Below, one piece after another: positions 25,469 through 37,211 of a stretch of DNA of 64,000 nt (positions are counted from its first letter, which is position 1; each line of letters starts with the position of its first letter). The stretch spans positions 13,640,001-13,704,000 of the forward strand of contig OZ024766.1 of assembly GCA_964016885.1 (NCBI GenBank), read 5' to 3'. The notes beneath the pieces are model-generated. The model saw nothing but the letters and a program-made list of their open reading frames with translations, was not told where the DNA came from and did no database searches. Source of the DNA: Eledone cirrhosa. Taxonomy: Eukaryota. Position numbers and translations under genes: made by a program.

Positions 25469-25656
25469 ATAATTGTTTCTACTTTAGGCACAAGGCCAGC
25501 AATTAACCAGTGCATTACTGGTACTTTGTTTTATCGACCCCGTAAGGATGAAAGGCAAAGTCAACCTCGGCAGGATTTGAACTCAGATCGTAAAGGGACG
25601 TAACTATGCTGGAAAGCATGGCGTCCGACCCTCTACCGATACTGCCAATTCACCGC
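25469..25656 (-). mobile_element. SINE family A, inverted relative to 24759
   Basis: Near-identical to 119-310. Confidence 0.8.
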
Positions 25657-26553
25657 AATGAAGGCAGCAGGTACTCGGTGTCATTGTGCATGTTTCAACT
25701 CTCTTCCCGGTGTCATACGTTAAAAGTCCCTGATATAATTTATACCTTCAGACACAGTTCCAATCGTTTTTAGTTTATTGTAAATCAGAAAGTATCACTC
25801 AATAAAATATCAATTATATATCAATAAGAAAACCTCTAGGTAGTCTCACTGACTGCTAGAAATAGCAGCGATATTACCCATTACAACTGCTCTCTCTCTC
25901 TCTATATATATATATACACACATATATGTACGTATGTATGTATATGTGTATATATGTGTATGAATGAGTGTGTATGTGTGTATATGTGTACATAGGGTTT
26001 TGGTATATGTACGTTTGGTGAACATATGTGTATTTACCTGTAGGTATGTGTGAGTGTGCGTTCTATACGCATTTATGCGTGTATATTTATATATGTATTT
26101 ATAATTATATGTATATATACACACACAAACATATATTTATATGTGTATTTGGTGCATACAATCGTATGTGTGCGGGTATATGTGTTGCGCCGGTTTACGT
26201 CCGTGCGCGCCTGTTTATGTGTACGTATATGTATATGCATGCATGCCGTGAGTTTTTGCATATGCTCGTGTATAAATGTGTGTATGTATATATTTAATTA
26301 TTATTACTTTTATGATTTTAATAACATCTGTCATTTTCGTTCAACTAATTTATTTACATTATTCTGGACTCCGAAGCCGAGCATCATTCAGTTTCCTTAA
26401 TAGAATATTAGTCTACGACTCCATTTACACCATAAACGTGGTTTTGTCTTTACGTGTAATTGTTGTCACCGCTCCACATAACGACGTATTATCTTCTTTT
26501 TCCCGTTCATTGCCAGGGAACGTCTTCACGAATCAAAGCATAAATTATTTTCA

Positions 26554-27114
26554 CGAGCTGACGTACCCAGCTTCGCCCGGGTAAACAGATGATAAAAGAA
26601 AAGGTCCCTATTTACTCCCTTCACAACTCTGTATGTTAGACTGACAGACAGGCACACAGACAGATAAACTGCGTGGCGATTGTGGAACGCCGCACGTATA
26701 CACACATACACGCACACAAACTTACACACACACCCGTGCACTTACACACACGCACACACTCACACATGTTGATAGTTTTTACTTTCTGTGGAACGCTGCA
26801 CGCACGCACACATACATAAACATACGCGCACGTACATACACACGCACACATGTTAATAGTTATTGCTTTACTCCCCCTCTTATTTCCACACACATCACAC
26901 ACACACACGTCTCTACACTGACACATATACATAGTGTATCCAACACAGCGTTCACTTTGCCTCTCTCTCGCCTCTCACTCTCTCATTGGCATTATACATA
27001 TTAATTTAAGTTTGGCGTCGTTGAGGTGGGCGGAGTCGTTAGAAACCTATGAACCAATGATAATCGAGAATTATGACACACGGAATATTGACATTGTTGA
27101 AATTAATATATAGA
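26554..27114 (-). mobile_element. Short non-autonomous Helitron derivative
   Basis: 5' end TCTATATATTAATT at 27114. Body matches 32535-32948. 3' hairpin plus CTCG (a CTAG variant) at 26554, followed by T. Confidence 0.85.
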
Positions 27115-30100
27115 CTAGCTGACGTACCCAGCTTCGCCAGGGTAAACAGATGATAAGAGAAGACAGGTAAAAGAGAAAATGTCTGTATTGGATGTTTGTC
27201 TGGTTACAGTGTGAAGCGAGTCCGTGTTGTCTGTGTGATACAAAAAAACTGTAAAAGAAATCTTCCAGATATACCAGATTCTTCGTTGTCCGGTTTGTGC
27301 ATAGTATATGAACAATTCTAGGTGCTCCCACCTAGAATAGTGACCTCTAGGAGATGGTTCCTCTTCTGCCTCACTGGAAAACGTGTATTATTGCATAGAC
27401 GTGGTTGTTCCACGTTTCTCAAAAGGATGATGGAAGTTCCAATCTGTTATATTATATGTAGATATAGATATAGATAATTAATAAAAAAGATGTCCGTCAA
27501 TGTAAAGAAGGTCCCTATTTACTTGAAATGGTTTATACAAATGCCAAATTAATATGGATATGGATAACATGCTTATCTATAAGTGGTCAGCTATAATAAT
27601 AAACCAACAAATTATATGACACAAACATTTATTCAGTAATTTCCAGGCTCTTAGCCACTGAGTAATAGACAGTCAATATTGCCCAGAGTTCAACTCGGGG
27701 AGGTGGCCTGGTTTGAACTCAAAATGGCGGATCCTTCTACTTCGAAAATAGAATCGTTTTTCAATATTACTCTAGCCCTGGCCGGCCATAGGCACCAAAC
27801 TTTTTGCCAGACTCAGCATATGATGAGGTTTTATTACCACTGCAATCAGAAGCGATAAATTTGAAGGCAATTTCTACCAATACTTGTTGGTTTTTATTGC
27901 TCATTATCGACAATAAATGACATTGAACATAAATGATAACTCTGCCAAAGCTCACAATACAGATGAAAGGAAACCAATGTCCGAATCATATACGTCGCTT
28001 ATTGATAGCATTAAAGATATGCATACATCAGCTCAAAGCTTCATTATAGACAATATTTAGGTTTGTTCCTCTGTTAGTGGTATCAATTGCAAATTTTATA
28101 CCATCAGGATCGCACACTCGAGATGCAGCAACATAGAGTTGCCCATGGCTGGATCATTCAAGCAGACACCGACTCGCTTGAAAGTCTGTCCCTGTGCCTT
28201 GTTGACAGTCATGGAGAAGGCCAAATTGACGGGAAACTGTCTCCTTTGCCAAATAAATGGCAGCAGATCTTCACTTGGTCTCAGCATGATCCTCGGAATG
28301 AGAACCGATTCCTCTCTGCCTGGGAGTTTAGCTTCTAAAACTCTTCCGTTAATCAATCTCTCAACAATCAATCTGGTACCATTGCAAAGACCCATTTTAT
28401 GATTGATATTTCTAAGCAATATAATCGGCAAACCCTTTTTCAACCTCAAAATATGTGGGGGAAATCCGCGTATTTGAAGTGAATTCAGATACTCAGTCGG
28501 AACATCCATACTGTTCTGCTGATTAGGCTCCATTGCATCCGCACTGACGGTCAACCATTCCTCTCCAGGAAACATTCCGGCTACTTGTGAATTTATTTCA
28601 TCGACCGTTGCATTCGTATGAGTTAGAATAACACGTTCCGATATTCAGGAGATATTCTGCCAAAAAGCATTCAAATTAGGGAACACCCAGTCAATCAATG
28701 CTTGGCGGTCCAGTGGCATGACCAAATGGTCTGGGATTCATACAGTCTGATTATCACCAACGTGTGGCAATTCATCGTTTCCCAACTGCATCAACCATCG
28801 GCCGTATGTCTCAGCCTCTTCGTTTTGCCCGAACATAGGAAGTCGCATATTATCGTGTAATCGCAAAACTCTGAAATGGCCCCACAACGGGGACTTTTTC
28901 AGACATGCATTGACAATTTGCGCTCTTTGAGCATTCCTAACAATTGGTAGCACCTGTCTGAAATCGCCACCAAGAACGATAGTCTTACCACTGAATGGCA
29001 GGCCACTACCGCAGATATCTCTCAAAGTTCTGTCCAATGCCTCCAGCAAATATCTGTGTGCCATTGGAGCCTCGTCCCAAATAATCAGAGACGTATTGCG
29101 TATAAGGCCCGCGAGTTCACTTTGTCCTGTAATATTACAGACACTCAACTCATCTGGAGCCAATGGAGCCTTGAAGCATGAGTGGAAGGTCCTTCCACCA
29201 CTCAGCAAAGTGGCAGCGATGCCCCTGGTGGGCACAGGGAGAGCAATCTTCCTCTGAGCTCTGACTGCCGATAACATAGTGTTGAAACAGAATGTCTTTC
29301 CGGTGCCTCCTGGAACATCTATGAAAGCACAAAGTTGCTCATTAGTGGAAATCGAGTGGAGAGCGCCATCGACCAATTCTCTGTGAGATTGGGTCAACAT
29401 TGGCATACGTTCATCCACAATACGTTGCTGTTCCAGTGGATCAAACTGGAATAGTTCCCTCCGATCGAGTGGCAACCGTCTAAGCTGCAATCTCATGTTC
29501 AATGCTAAGACACGTTGCCGCATTTCTTCATCAGGAATTGGCAAATTGAAATCTGTTAAACATTTCAAATGAACTTCGAGCAGTTGCTCAATATTGAGCA
29601 AAACAATAGCCTTCATCAAATGTTCATCATAGACCTGAAGATGATGCCTAAAATCATCAGCCATAATTCCCCAATGGCGTTCAAATAACTCTCTTGGATC
29701 GGCAGGTTTGCAGAATCCTAGAATCGTGACAAACAACTGCCTTATTCGAGTTGGCATCTGTGTTGTTCCTGCAGCTTCCATGGCGTTATTCCATTCAGCG
29801 TCATCCTGAAGGAGTCCCAGATGCTGACACACAGCCTGGTATCTTTTATATTCCACGCCATTGATTGTTTTCAAATCAGCGAAGCTCTGTTTACCTCTCG
29901 AAAAATCACTATGCAACAGAACTCGGAGATAAAACACATCACCAGATGCTGGATGGACATTACAAACCCGTCCAATAGTCATGAATCTCAACTTTTGTTT
30001 TCTATCATTCCATTTCTTTCCCTTCTTATCCCACGTATAGTGCGAAGGGAAATCGCAGTAGAGTTGCTTTTGATCCGGGTTCAAAGCATGTTCCCTATTA

Positions 30101-32948
30101 TGCTTGAACCACTCAGTCAATTCCGTCTTAGGAGGTGGTGCGTTAGCAATTCTTTCGGCACCTCTTCTAGTGTCCTTAAAACAGACCATTTGCCTATTCT
30201 CTAAGTGAACCGTCAGTTTCTGAACGCTGGGTTTGCGTTCATTGAGATCAAAATCGAACAATCTCCAGCAAGCTTCGCTAGATCCAATCGAGCGAACATC
30301 CTGGAACCTGCCAACTTCATCTCCTTGGTTCGCTTCCTCATTCCTGACATTCATCATTGCCCCATCATGACCTTTGTAAACATATTTGAATAGATATTTG
30401 CAAGCTTTCACTGAGCTACAAATTTCCACATTAATATGACAACGATATTTCATAATCAAATATGGATTGTATGGCACAACCCATTGATTTGTAACCTGTC
30501 GACCGTTTACATTTTCGACCAAACCGCCATCGGCAGGCGACCGTCTTCTGTATGAGGGATGAGCATCCCCATCATTCCAGGAAGTGTTCGTGACAAAAGA
30601 TTTCGGAAAGTGCTTACTGCATTGGCCATTTTTCATGCAAGGCGCTTTCCGATTTGCCACTCCGCATTGGTTGTGCACCATTGACTTTGCCACCAAGTTG
30701 CATAGTGCCTCATTCTCCGGCAGTTCAGCACACACAATGCTGTCGACATCCTCAGCACATCACAATTTGCAATCTCTATGTAAAATGATCAGCAAATGTG
30801 CATGTGGCAATCCTCTTTTTTGGAATTCAATTACGTATGTAAAAGCAACTATACCTCCAAAGATTCCCTCTTTTTCCACATCATCCATTATCTTTTTCAG
30901 ATATCTTTTGAATACTCTTGCCACAATATCAGGACGGTCCTTTGGCTGTTGTCCTGGCAAAAGTGCATCCTTAATATCAGTCCATTCAGGATTGCATGTA
31001 ACAGTTATAAACAAATCTGGCTTTCCAAACTTTCTGACAATAGCCATTGCATCCTGATAGCGAATGTTCATATATCTCGGGCCGCCGATGAACGACGATG
31101 GCAAAATGATGCGTCGACCAATTTGCTTGTAATTGGCATCATCGGCTGTTATCGCATCCTGTATATTATTATACAATTCAGCTCTGATATGTTGCTGATG
31201 TGTAGCTATATAATTTAGCCTTTGATTTTCGATCTTTGCGTATGCCATACAACAGTATTCCTGGAACAATCTGCTGGCTTGAAATAGCGCATTTCTCTGT
31301 TGATTCCTCTCGTTCAAATGGAACGCGTAAAAGTCGCGAATCGAATTATTGTGTCTATTGCCACCTCCCTGTTGATGCTGATTCTCATGATCATCTAAAT
31401 GAACAGACATGTTCCATCCATTTTCACCTTTTGGGAATAAAAGAACATAATGCAATGGATGGTATGTCCTATTTGACTCATTGATAGTGTTGAGACCACC
31501 ATCTCTGCGATTGAGGGCGATATCTCTCGATCCAGGCTTATCGTCCATCAACACAGCAACTTCACGAAATCCTTCGGGGGCATTATATCGCCGTTCGTGT
31601 TGATTCCTTGGCACTGCGTCAGCCTTAATCACCAATGTTTGTTGCTGAACATTCTGCAGTTCAGCCACCAACATGAAATCCATAACATAAGGATTACACT
31701 GTCTAAGCCATGATTGCAAATCATGGATCAAATCACTTAACCTTTGCCGTTCAAGTTCAGTTATATTTCCCGGCAACTTCATCCAACCGATCCTGATATC
31801 CTCCTCCGATTCACTATAATCTGGATTGTTAACGTAAATTTGAGCGAATCAAGGCCTCTCTCCTGGGGTAACTTCTAAATTATCGATACAATGATACAAA
31901 CGGCATTGAATGACGACATTCGGTTGCCATGCTCCACTCTCAAACATCTCACTAACTCTCTGCGATGCTAAAGCTAATAAATTGTTAATTTGCCGCGAAT
32001 ATTTGCGCAGTAATCTACCTCGGTCTCATTGATCACCCCACATACTTAGTATTTTAAACTCCGGTGACTCCCCATCATCCGGCATTCGCAAAGGTTCTAG
32101 TTGAACTGCTCCTTTGTGACAGCACATTGTGGTCCACGTCTTTTCGTGCCACCAAAGCAATGCTCCACAATGTGGAGACCCTGGTCGTCCACCAATCTGA
32201 CAGTGACACGGTTGCCATGATCCATTTTTAATATCATTCGTTCGCCTCTTTACTGGAATGAGGAGCACTTTGCGACACATTCCCTGAACTTCTGTATTGC
32301 GCTGGCGCTGTTCAGCCAGCTCCTCTTCATCCACCGGAGCACGCCATTGCTGCTGAATTCTGGCCACCTGCTGATGATGCTCAGCCAGTTCGTTTTTCAA
32401 CCATCGCAGCACTCCGTCGCCGCTGTAGTTCACTGTTTGATAAAGTCGAATTGCTTTTCTTATCAGTATTCATTTGGAGCAATTGTAAAAAAAATGACAC
32501 AATAATAAATATAAAAGATGTCCGTCAATGTAAAGAAAGGTCCCTATTTACTCCCTTCACAACTCTGTGTATGACAGACAGGCACACAGACAGATAAACT
32601 GTGCGGCGATTGTGGAACGTCACACGCATACACGCATGGAAACGCGCACACGCACACAAACTTACACACGCACACACTCACACATGTTGATAGTTTTTAC
32701 TTTCTGTGGAACACTGCACGCATGCACACACACATAAACATACGCGCACATACATACACACGCATACATGTTAATAGTTATTGAACACAGCGTTCACACT
32801 CTCCCCTCTCACTCCCTCATTGGCATTATGCATATTAATTTCAGTTTGGCGTCGTTGGGGTGGGCGGAGTCCTTTGAAACCTATGAACCAATGATAATCG
32901 AGAATTGTGACACACGGAATACTGACGTTCTTCAAATTAATATATAGA
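27115..32948 (-). mobile_element. Autonomous-type Helitron, full length with a disrupted ORF
   Basis: A|TCTATAT 5' end at 32948. 3' end accctggcgaagctgggtacgtcagCTAG at 27115. RepHel coding region lies between. Confidence 0.92.
28060..32433 (-). pseudogene. Helitron Rep/PIF1 helicase (RepHel)
   Basis: HUH motifs PDLFITVTCNPEW, EFQKRGLPHAH and YLFKYVYKG. Helicase motifs GGTGKT, IIWDEAPM, GGDFRQ and RRQFP..AFSMTVNKAQGQT. In-frame stops at 30760 and 28738; frameshifts near both ends. Confidence 0.95.
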
Positions 32949-33735
32949 TATATATATATCATCATGATCATCATCATTTTACGTCCACTTTTCTCTGCTT
33001 GCAAGCCATGTGCCTCTTCCTATATATACATATATACTATATACATATACACACATATACATATATATATATGTATATATATATATGTATATATATATAC
33101 GTAATTAATACATGCATACATTTATTTTTTTTAAATTAATTGAGTTCTTAACACGCAGGATTAAAATTGTTTTTAAAAAAACTAATTAACCCACGTGTAT
33201 ATTATTTTACTTTCTTGTGTTTCGCGATTGCCTCCCTTTTCTGCTTCGTGACGCTGTGAAATTCCTCAGTCTAGGACTGCTGGAATTTCAAATTTGGCGG
33301 TCATTATGATGCGTGAAGGGACGACTTAGCTGACACGAAAAATAACTGCAGTAAGAAATGTTTTCTTATATCAATGTTTGAAGGGCATCCACTGATGATT
33401 TATAAGTGCCCACCTGCATATGTTCTTACAGAAAAATATGTAGGCTTCTACATAAACCGGAAACATTCTCCCAACTTGTAGAAAACTTATAATGAAACAA
33501 TTGTTTGGAAAGAGAGATATATTTTAATTTTAATTATATCTCATATAAAATAATACAACTGGCTTTCCACAAAATACATATAGTTAGCACCCCAAACACA
33601 AAATTGGGATTATACTAAGGTATATCCTAATGTTTGTTGAGTGAGATGGTAGTCAGTCAGAGTTTAGCTTAAAGCTTTCTCTGTTATTGTATTAAATATA
33701 TGTATATATATATATATATATGTATCTATATATAT

Positions 33736-36700
33736 CACCTTGACCGACCAGTGTGTCGGGCGTCCATTCGACGCCGCTGGTCACAGCACGCCGTCCATTC
33801 CTCTCCGTATTGTGCTTTCCTCATCCATGTAGTCCCAATCATATTCCTAAAATGATCTGCCACCTTCATGGAGGCCTTCCGAGTGGTCGCTTCCACTCGC
33901 ACAGGTACCACTCCGCAACTGCGCAGGTCCAGCGATTATCGGTGAACCGGGCGACGTGTCCAGCCCATCTGAACTTGCTGCGTATATATTGCGCGATGAC
34001 GTCCCTCACGTCGGACTTCTGTCTGATGACTTCGCTCCTGATGTGCTCTCTCAACGAGATTCCTAGCATTGATCTCTCCATGGCTCTTTGAGCCGTTACC
34101 AGCCTCTGCTCTTCTCTCTTCGTTGTAGCCCAAGATTCACTGCCATATAACATTGCAGGTAAAACTGTGCTATTGAAGGGGTTGGCGTGGGTGGTCTTGT
34201 CCAACCTCCCCTTGAGCACATCCCTTATGCCGCTGAACGCCTTCCATTCGGCCCTTACTCTCCGCGAGATCTCCCTCTCAATGTCTCAGCGCATGTTCAC
34301 TTCTTGTCCTAGGTAGACGTATTCCTCCACCTCCTCTATTTCATCACCGCCAACCACCATTCGACCTGTTGGTACGTTGTCGGACCGCATGAAGTTCGTT
34401 TTCATGCTGTTCATCTTGAGGCCTACTGCAGAGCTTTTGATGTCGAGCTCCGTCAGCATGGTCTGAAGCCGATCCGTGGTTTCAGCGATGAGTACGATGT
34501 CATCAGCGAAACGGAGGTCGGTAAGTATCTCCCCATTGATGGTGACACCGCCTTGCCAGTCAATGCCTCTGATGATCTGCTCGAGACACGCGGTGAAAAC
34601 TTTTGGAGAGATCGTATCTCCTTGCTTCACTCCCTTCTCGACCGGGTGATGACAGCAGAGCTGTGTTGGTGGTGCATCCGGAATTCGTCTCCTTGAGCAG
34701 TTGAACGTATTGCGCCTCGACTCCTTGCCTCTGCAGCGAGTTCAGCAATGCGTTGATTTCGACGCTGTCGAAGGCCTTCTTGTAGTCTACGAACGTGACG
34801 CAAAGAGGCATCTTGTACTCTTTTGCTTGCTCAAGCAGTTGTGTCAGAGTAAATATGTGGTCCATCGTGCTGTAGTTCTTCCGGAAGCCGGCTTGCTCTT
34901 TCGGTTGCTGTTCGTCCAGATGATGTGATAACCTGTTCAGGATTATCTTCGTGAACAGCTTGTACACGTGAGACAGCAGGAACATGGGTCGGTAGTTCTT
35001 CAGATCTTCTCTATCGCCCTTCTTTTATAGCAGGATCGTATTCGACTCTTTCCACTGCGAGGGTATTCTTCCCTCGTCCAGATCGTGTGTGAATCGCTCG
35101 GCGAGGATTTTCCAGAGCTGTTCTCCGCCTGACTTCAACACCTCCGATGTTATGCCGTCTTTCCCTGGCGCCTTTCCGCTTTTCATTACACCGACGGCTC
35201 TTTCCACCTCACCGACAAGGATGGGTGGCACATTTTCTTCCTGTTGGAGTGACGGCAACGGCTGCACATTCCCGGCAGACTTGAAGAGCTTGGTGTAGAG
35301 GTCTTAGTAAATCTTTTCCATCTCATTCTTGTCGCTGACCGGTACTCCAGCTGTGTTCTTCAGGGTCGTCACCTCCGATCTGTACATTGCCATGTCTCTC
35401 TCGCATTTCTTGAGGCTCTTCTTTTCCTCTGCGGCCTTCAGGAGCTTCCCCATCCGGTATGGCTCGAAGTCACTCTTCAGTTGCCGTATCACTCTGCTGA
35501 GAAGGGAATATTCGAGGTGATTTTCAGGTGTCCTCTTCATAATCTTCCTCTTCTCAAGCAACTTCATAGTTTCCTCCCAGACTCTTCCCTTCCGCTCCTT
35601 CGGGCACACACCCTTAGCCTTCCTCAAGCACTCCTTCAGTTTCCTTATCAGTGAGTCGTAGTCAGCGTCTATGCCGTCTCCTTTACACCACTTTTCCTGC
35701 ATGATGGCTTCCTGCTGCTGCGCCTCGTTGAAGACCCAGACGCGTTCTCCCTTCGACGCCAAATGCAGCGCCTTCTTCTCCCTCGTCCGATCGATGACGA
35801 CCTTCGGCCTCACCAGACGATGATCACTGCCAGTGTTAAATGGCGTTATGACGGAGACGTCCTGCAGTATACGTCGCTTGTCGACCAGGATGTAGTCGAT
35901 CTCGTTTCCGTGCTCAGAATTTAGCGATACCCAGGTCCATCTTTTCTCCTCCTTCTTCCTGAATAGGCTGTTTCCGATGTAGAGCCGTCTCATCTCCGCC
36001 ATGGTGACCAGACACTCTCCTCTCTCATTTCGATCTCCTAGGCCGAATTTTCCTACATACTCTTCCCCTTGCCGTCCCTGTCCGACCTTTGCGTTGAAGT
36101 CCCCCATCACGACGGTGTAAGTGGACTTCACAGCTAGCGCTTTGTCTAGCTGGCGATAGAATTCTTCCACTTCCTCGTCGTCGCTGGCACTTGTGGGAGC
36201 GTAGGTCTGGATGATCTTGAGGGTGGCCTTCCCTGAGAGGTTTACGTTCACTACACCAATCCGTGACGATATGAACTGGCAAGAAGCGACCTTCGAAGCC
36301 CATTCCTTGCTTACGATAAACCCTATACCAATCTGGCATCCTCTGCTTTCCCGAGTCTCACGGTGCATCCATCTTGCCATCGGGAATTCGCCTCCTTCTT
36401 CTGGCGGGTCTCGCACAGCCCTAACACGTCCCACCTGATCTTCTTCTTCTCCTCCATTAGGTGGTTCAGTCCTTGCCCCCCTGCCAAAGACCTGCAGTTG
36501 TATGTGCATATGGCAAGGTTAGTCCTGTTCCATGGCGGCCTTCGGGAACCTGTGATTTTTAGCAGCCTCTCGTCGCTCGGGTCGCACTCCGCCGTCATGG
36601 AGCAGCCCGATTGACTCGCAGGGTACTGAGGCCCTTTTCTTCGTGCTGTTTTAACCATAAGATGACGCCATCCCATTGGCTGGGCGGGCAGGCCGGTACC

Positions 36701-36770
36701 TCTTCAGTTTAGCTAGCTTTTGAACTCTAGAAGATGATGACTCATCTCTAGGACCCAATTCGGGTCAAAC
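33736..36770 (-). mobile_element. Second RTE-clade LINE family (GC-rich, no PHD), near full length, frameshifted
   Basis: CTYNCRSL, MGDFNAKVG, NEIDYIL and SDHR (endonuclease). VDYKKAFD, QGDTISP, RFADD, YVYLG and WAGHVAR (RT). Confidence 0.93.
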
Positions 36771-36845
36771 AAATAAAAAAAAATATATATATACACATAT
36801 ATATATATATATATATACATATATATACATATATATATATATACA

Positions 36846-36983
36846 TATACTTGGGAAGGTTCATATTGCTGTAATAATATTGCCAGAAATAATAACAGAA
36901 CACACTCACTGTTTGGTTGGTTTTCGCTTCTGTATCTTTTATATCTCCATAGTTAATTTATTTGGCAATCAAAGAACTTTGTT

Positions 36984-37038
<55 letters not shown>

Positions 37039-37173
37039 GTATATTTAACCATTGGTCAATCAATGCCAAATAAATTAACTATGGAGATATAAAAGATACA
37101 GAAGCGAAAACCAACCAAACAGTGTTATTATTTCTGGCTATATTATTACAACAATATGACCCACTCCAAGTAT

Positions 37174-37180
<7 letters not shown>
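36846..37180. repeat. Short foldback (~115-bp arms around a TA tract) with Penelope-like termini
   Basis: 36846-36969 is the reverse complement of 37064-37174. The end tgacccactccaagtataacaatat resembles tgaccctcccaaagtataacaatat at 45401-45424. Confidence 0.75.
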
Positions 37181-37210
<30 letters not shown>

Positions 37211-37211
37211 T

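Noticed and set aside
36560-36770. Possible HDV-like ribozyme in the RTE 5' UTR
   Set aside because: Hairpins are present, but I could not build the nested double pseudoknot by eye.
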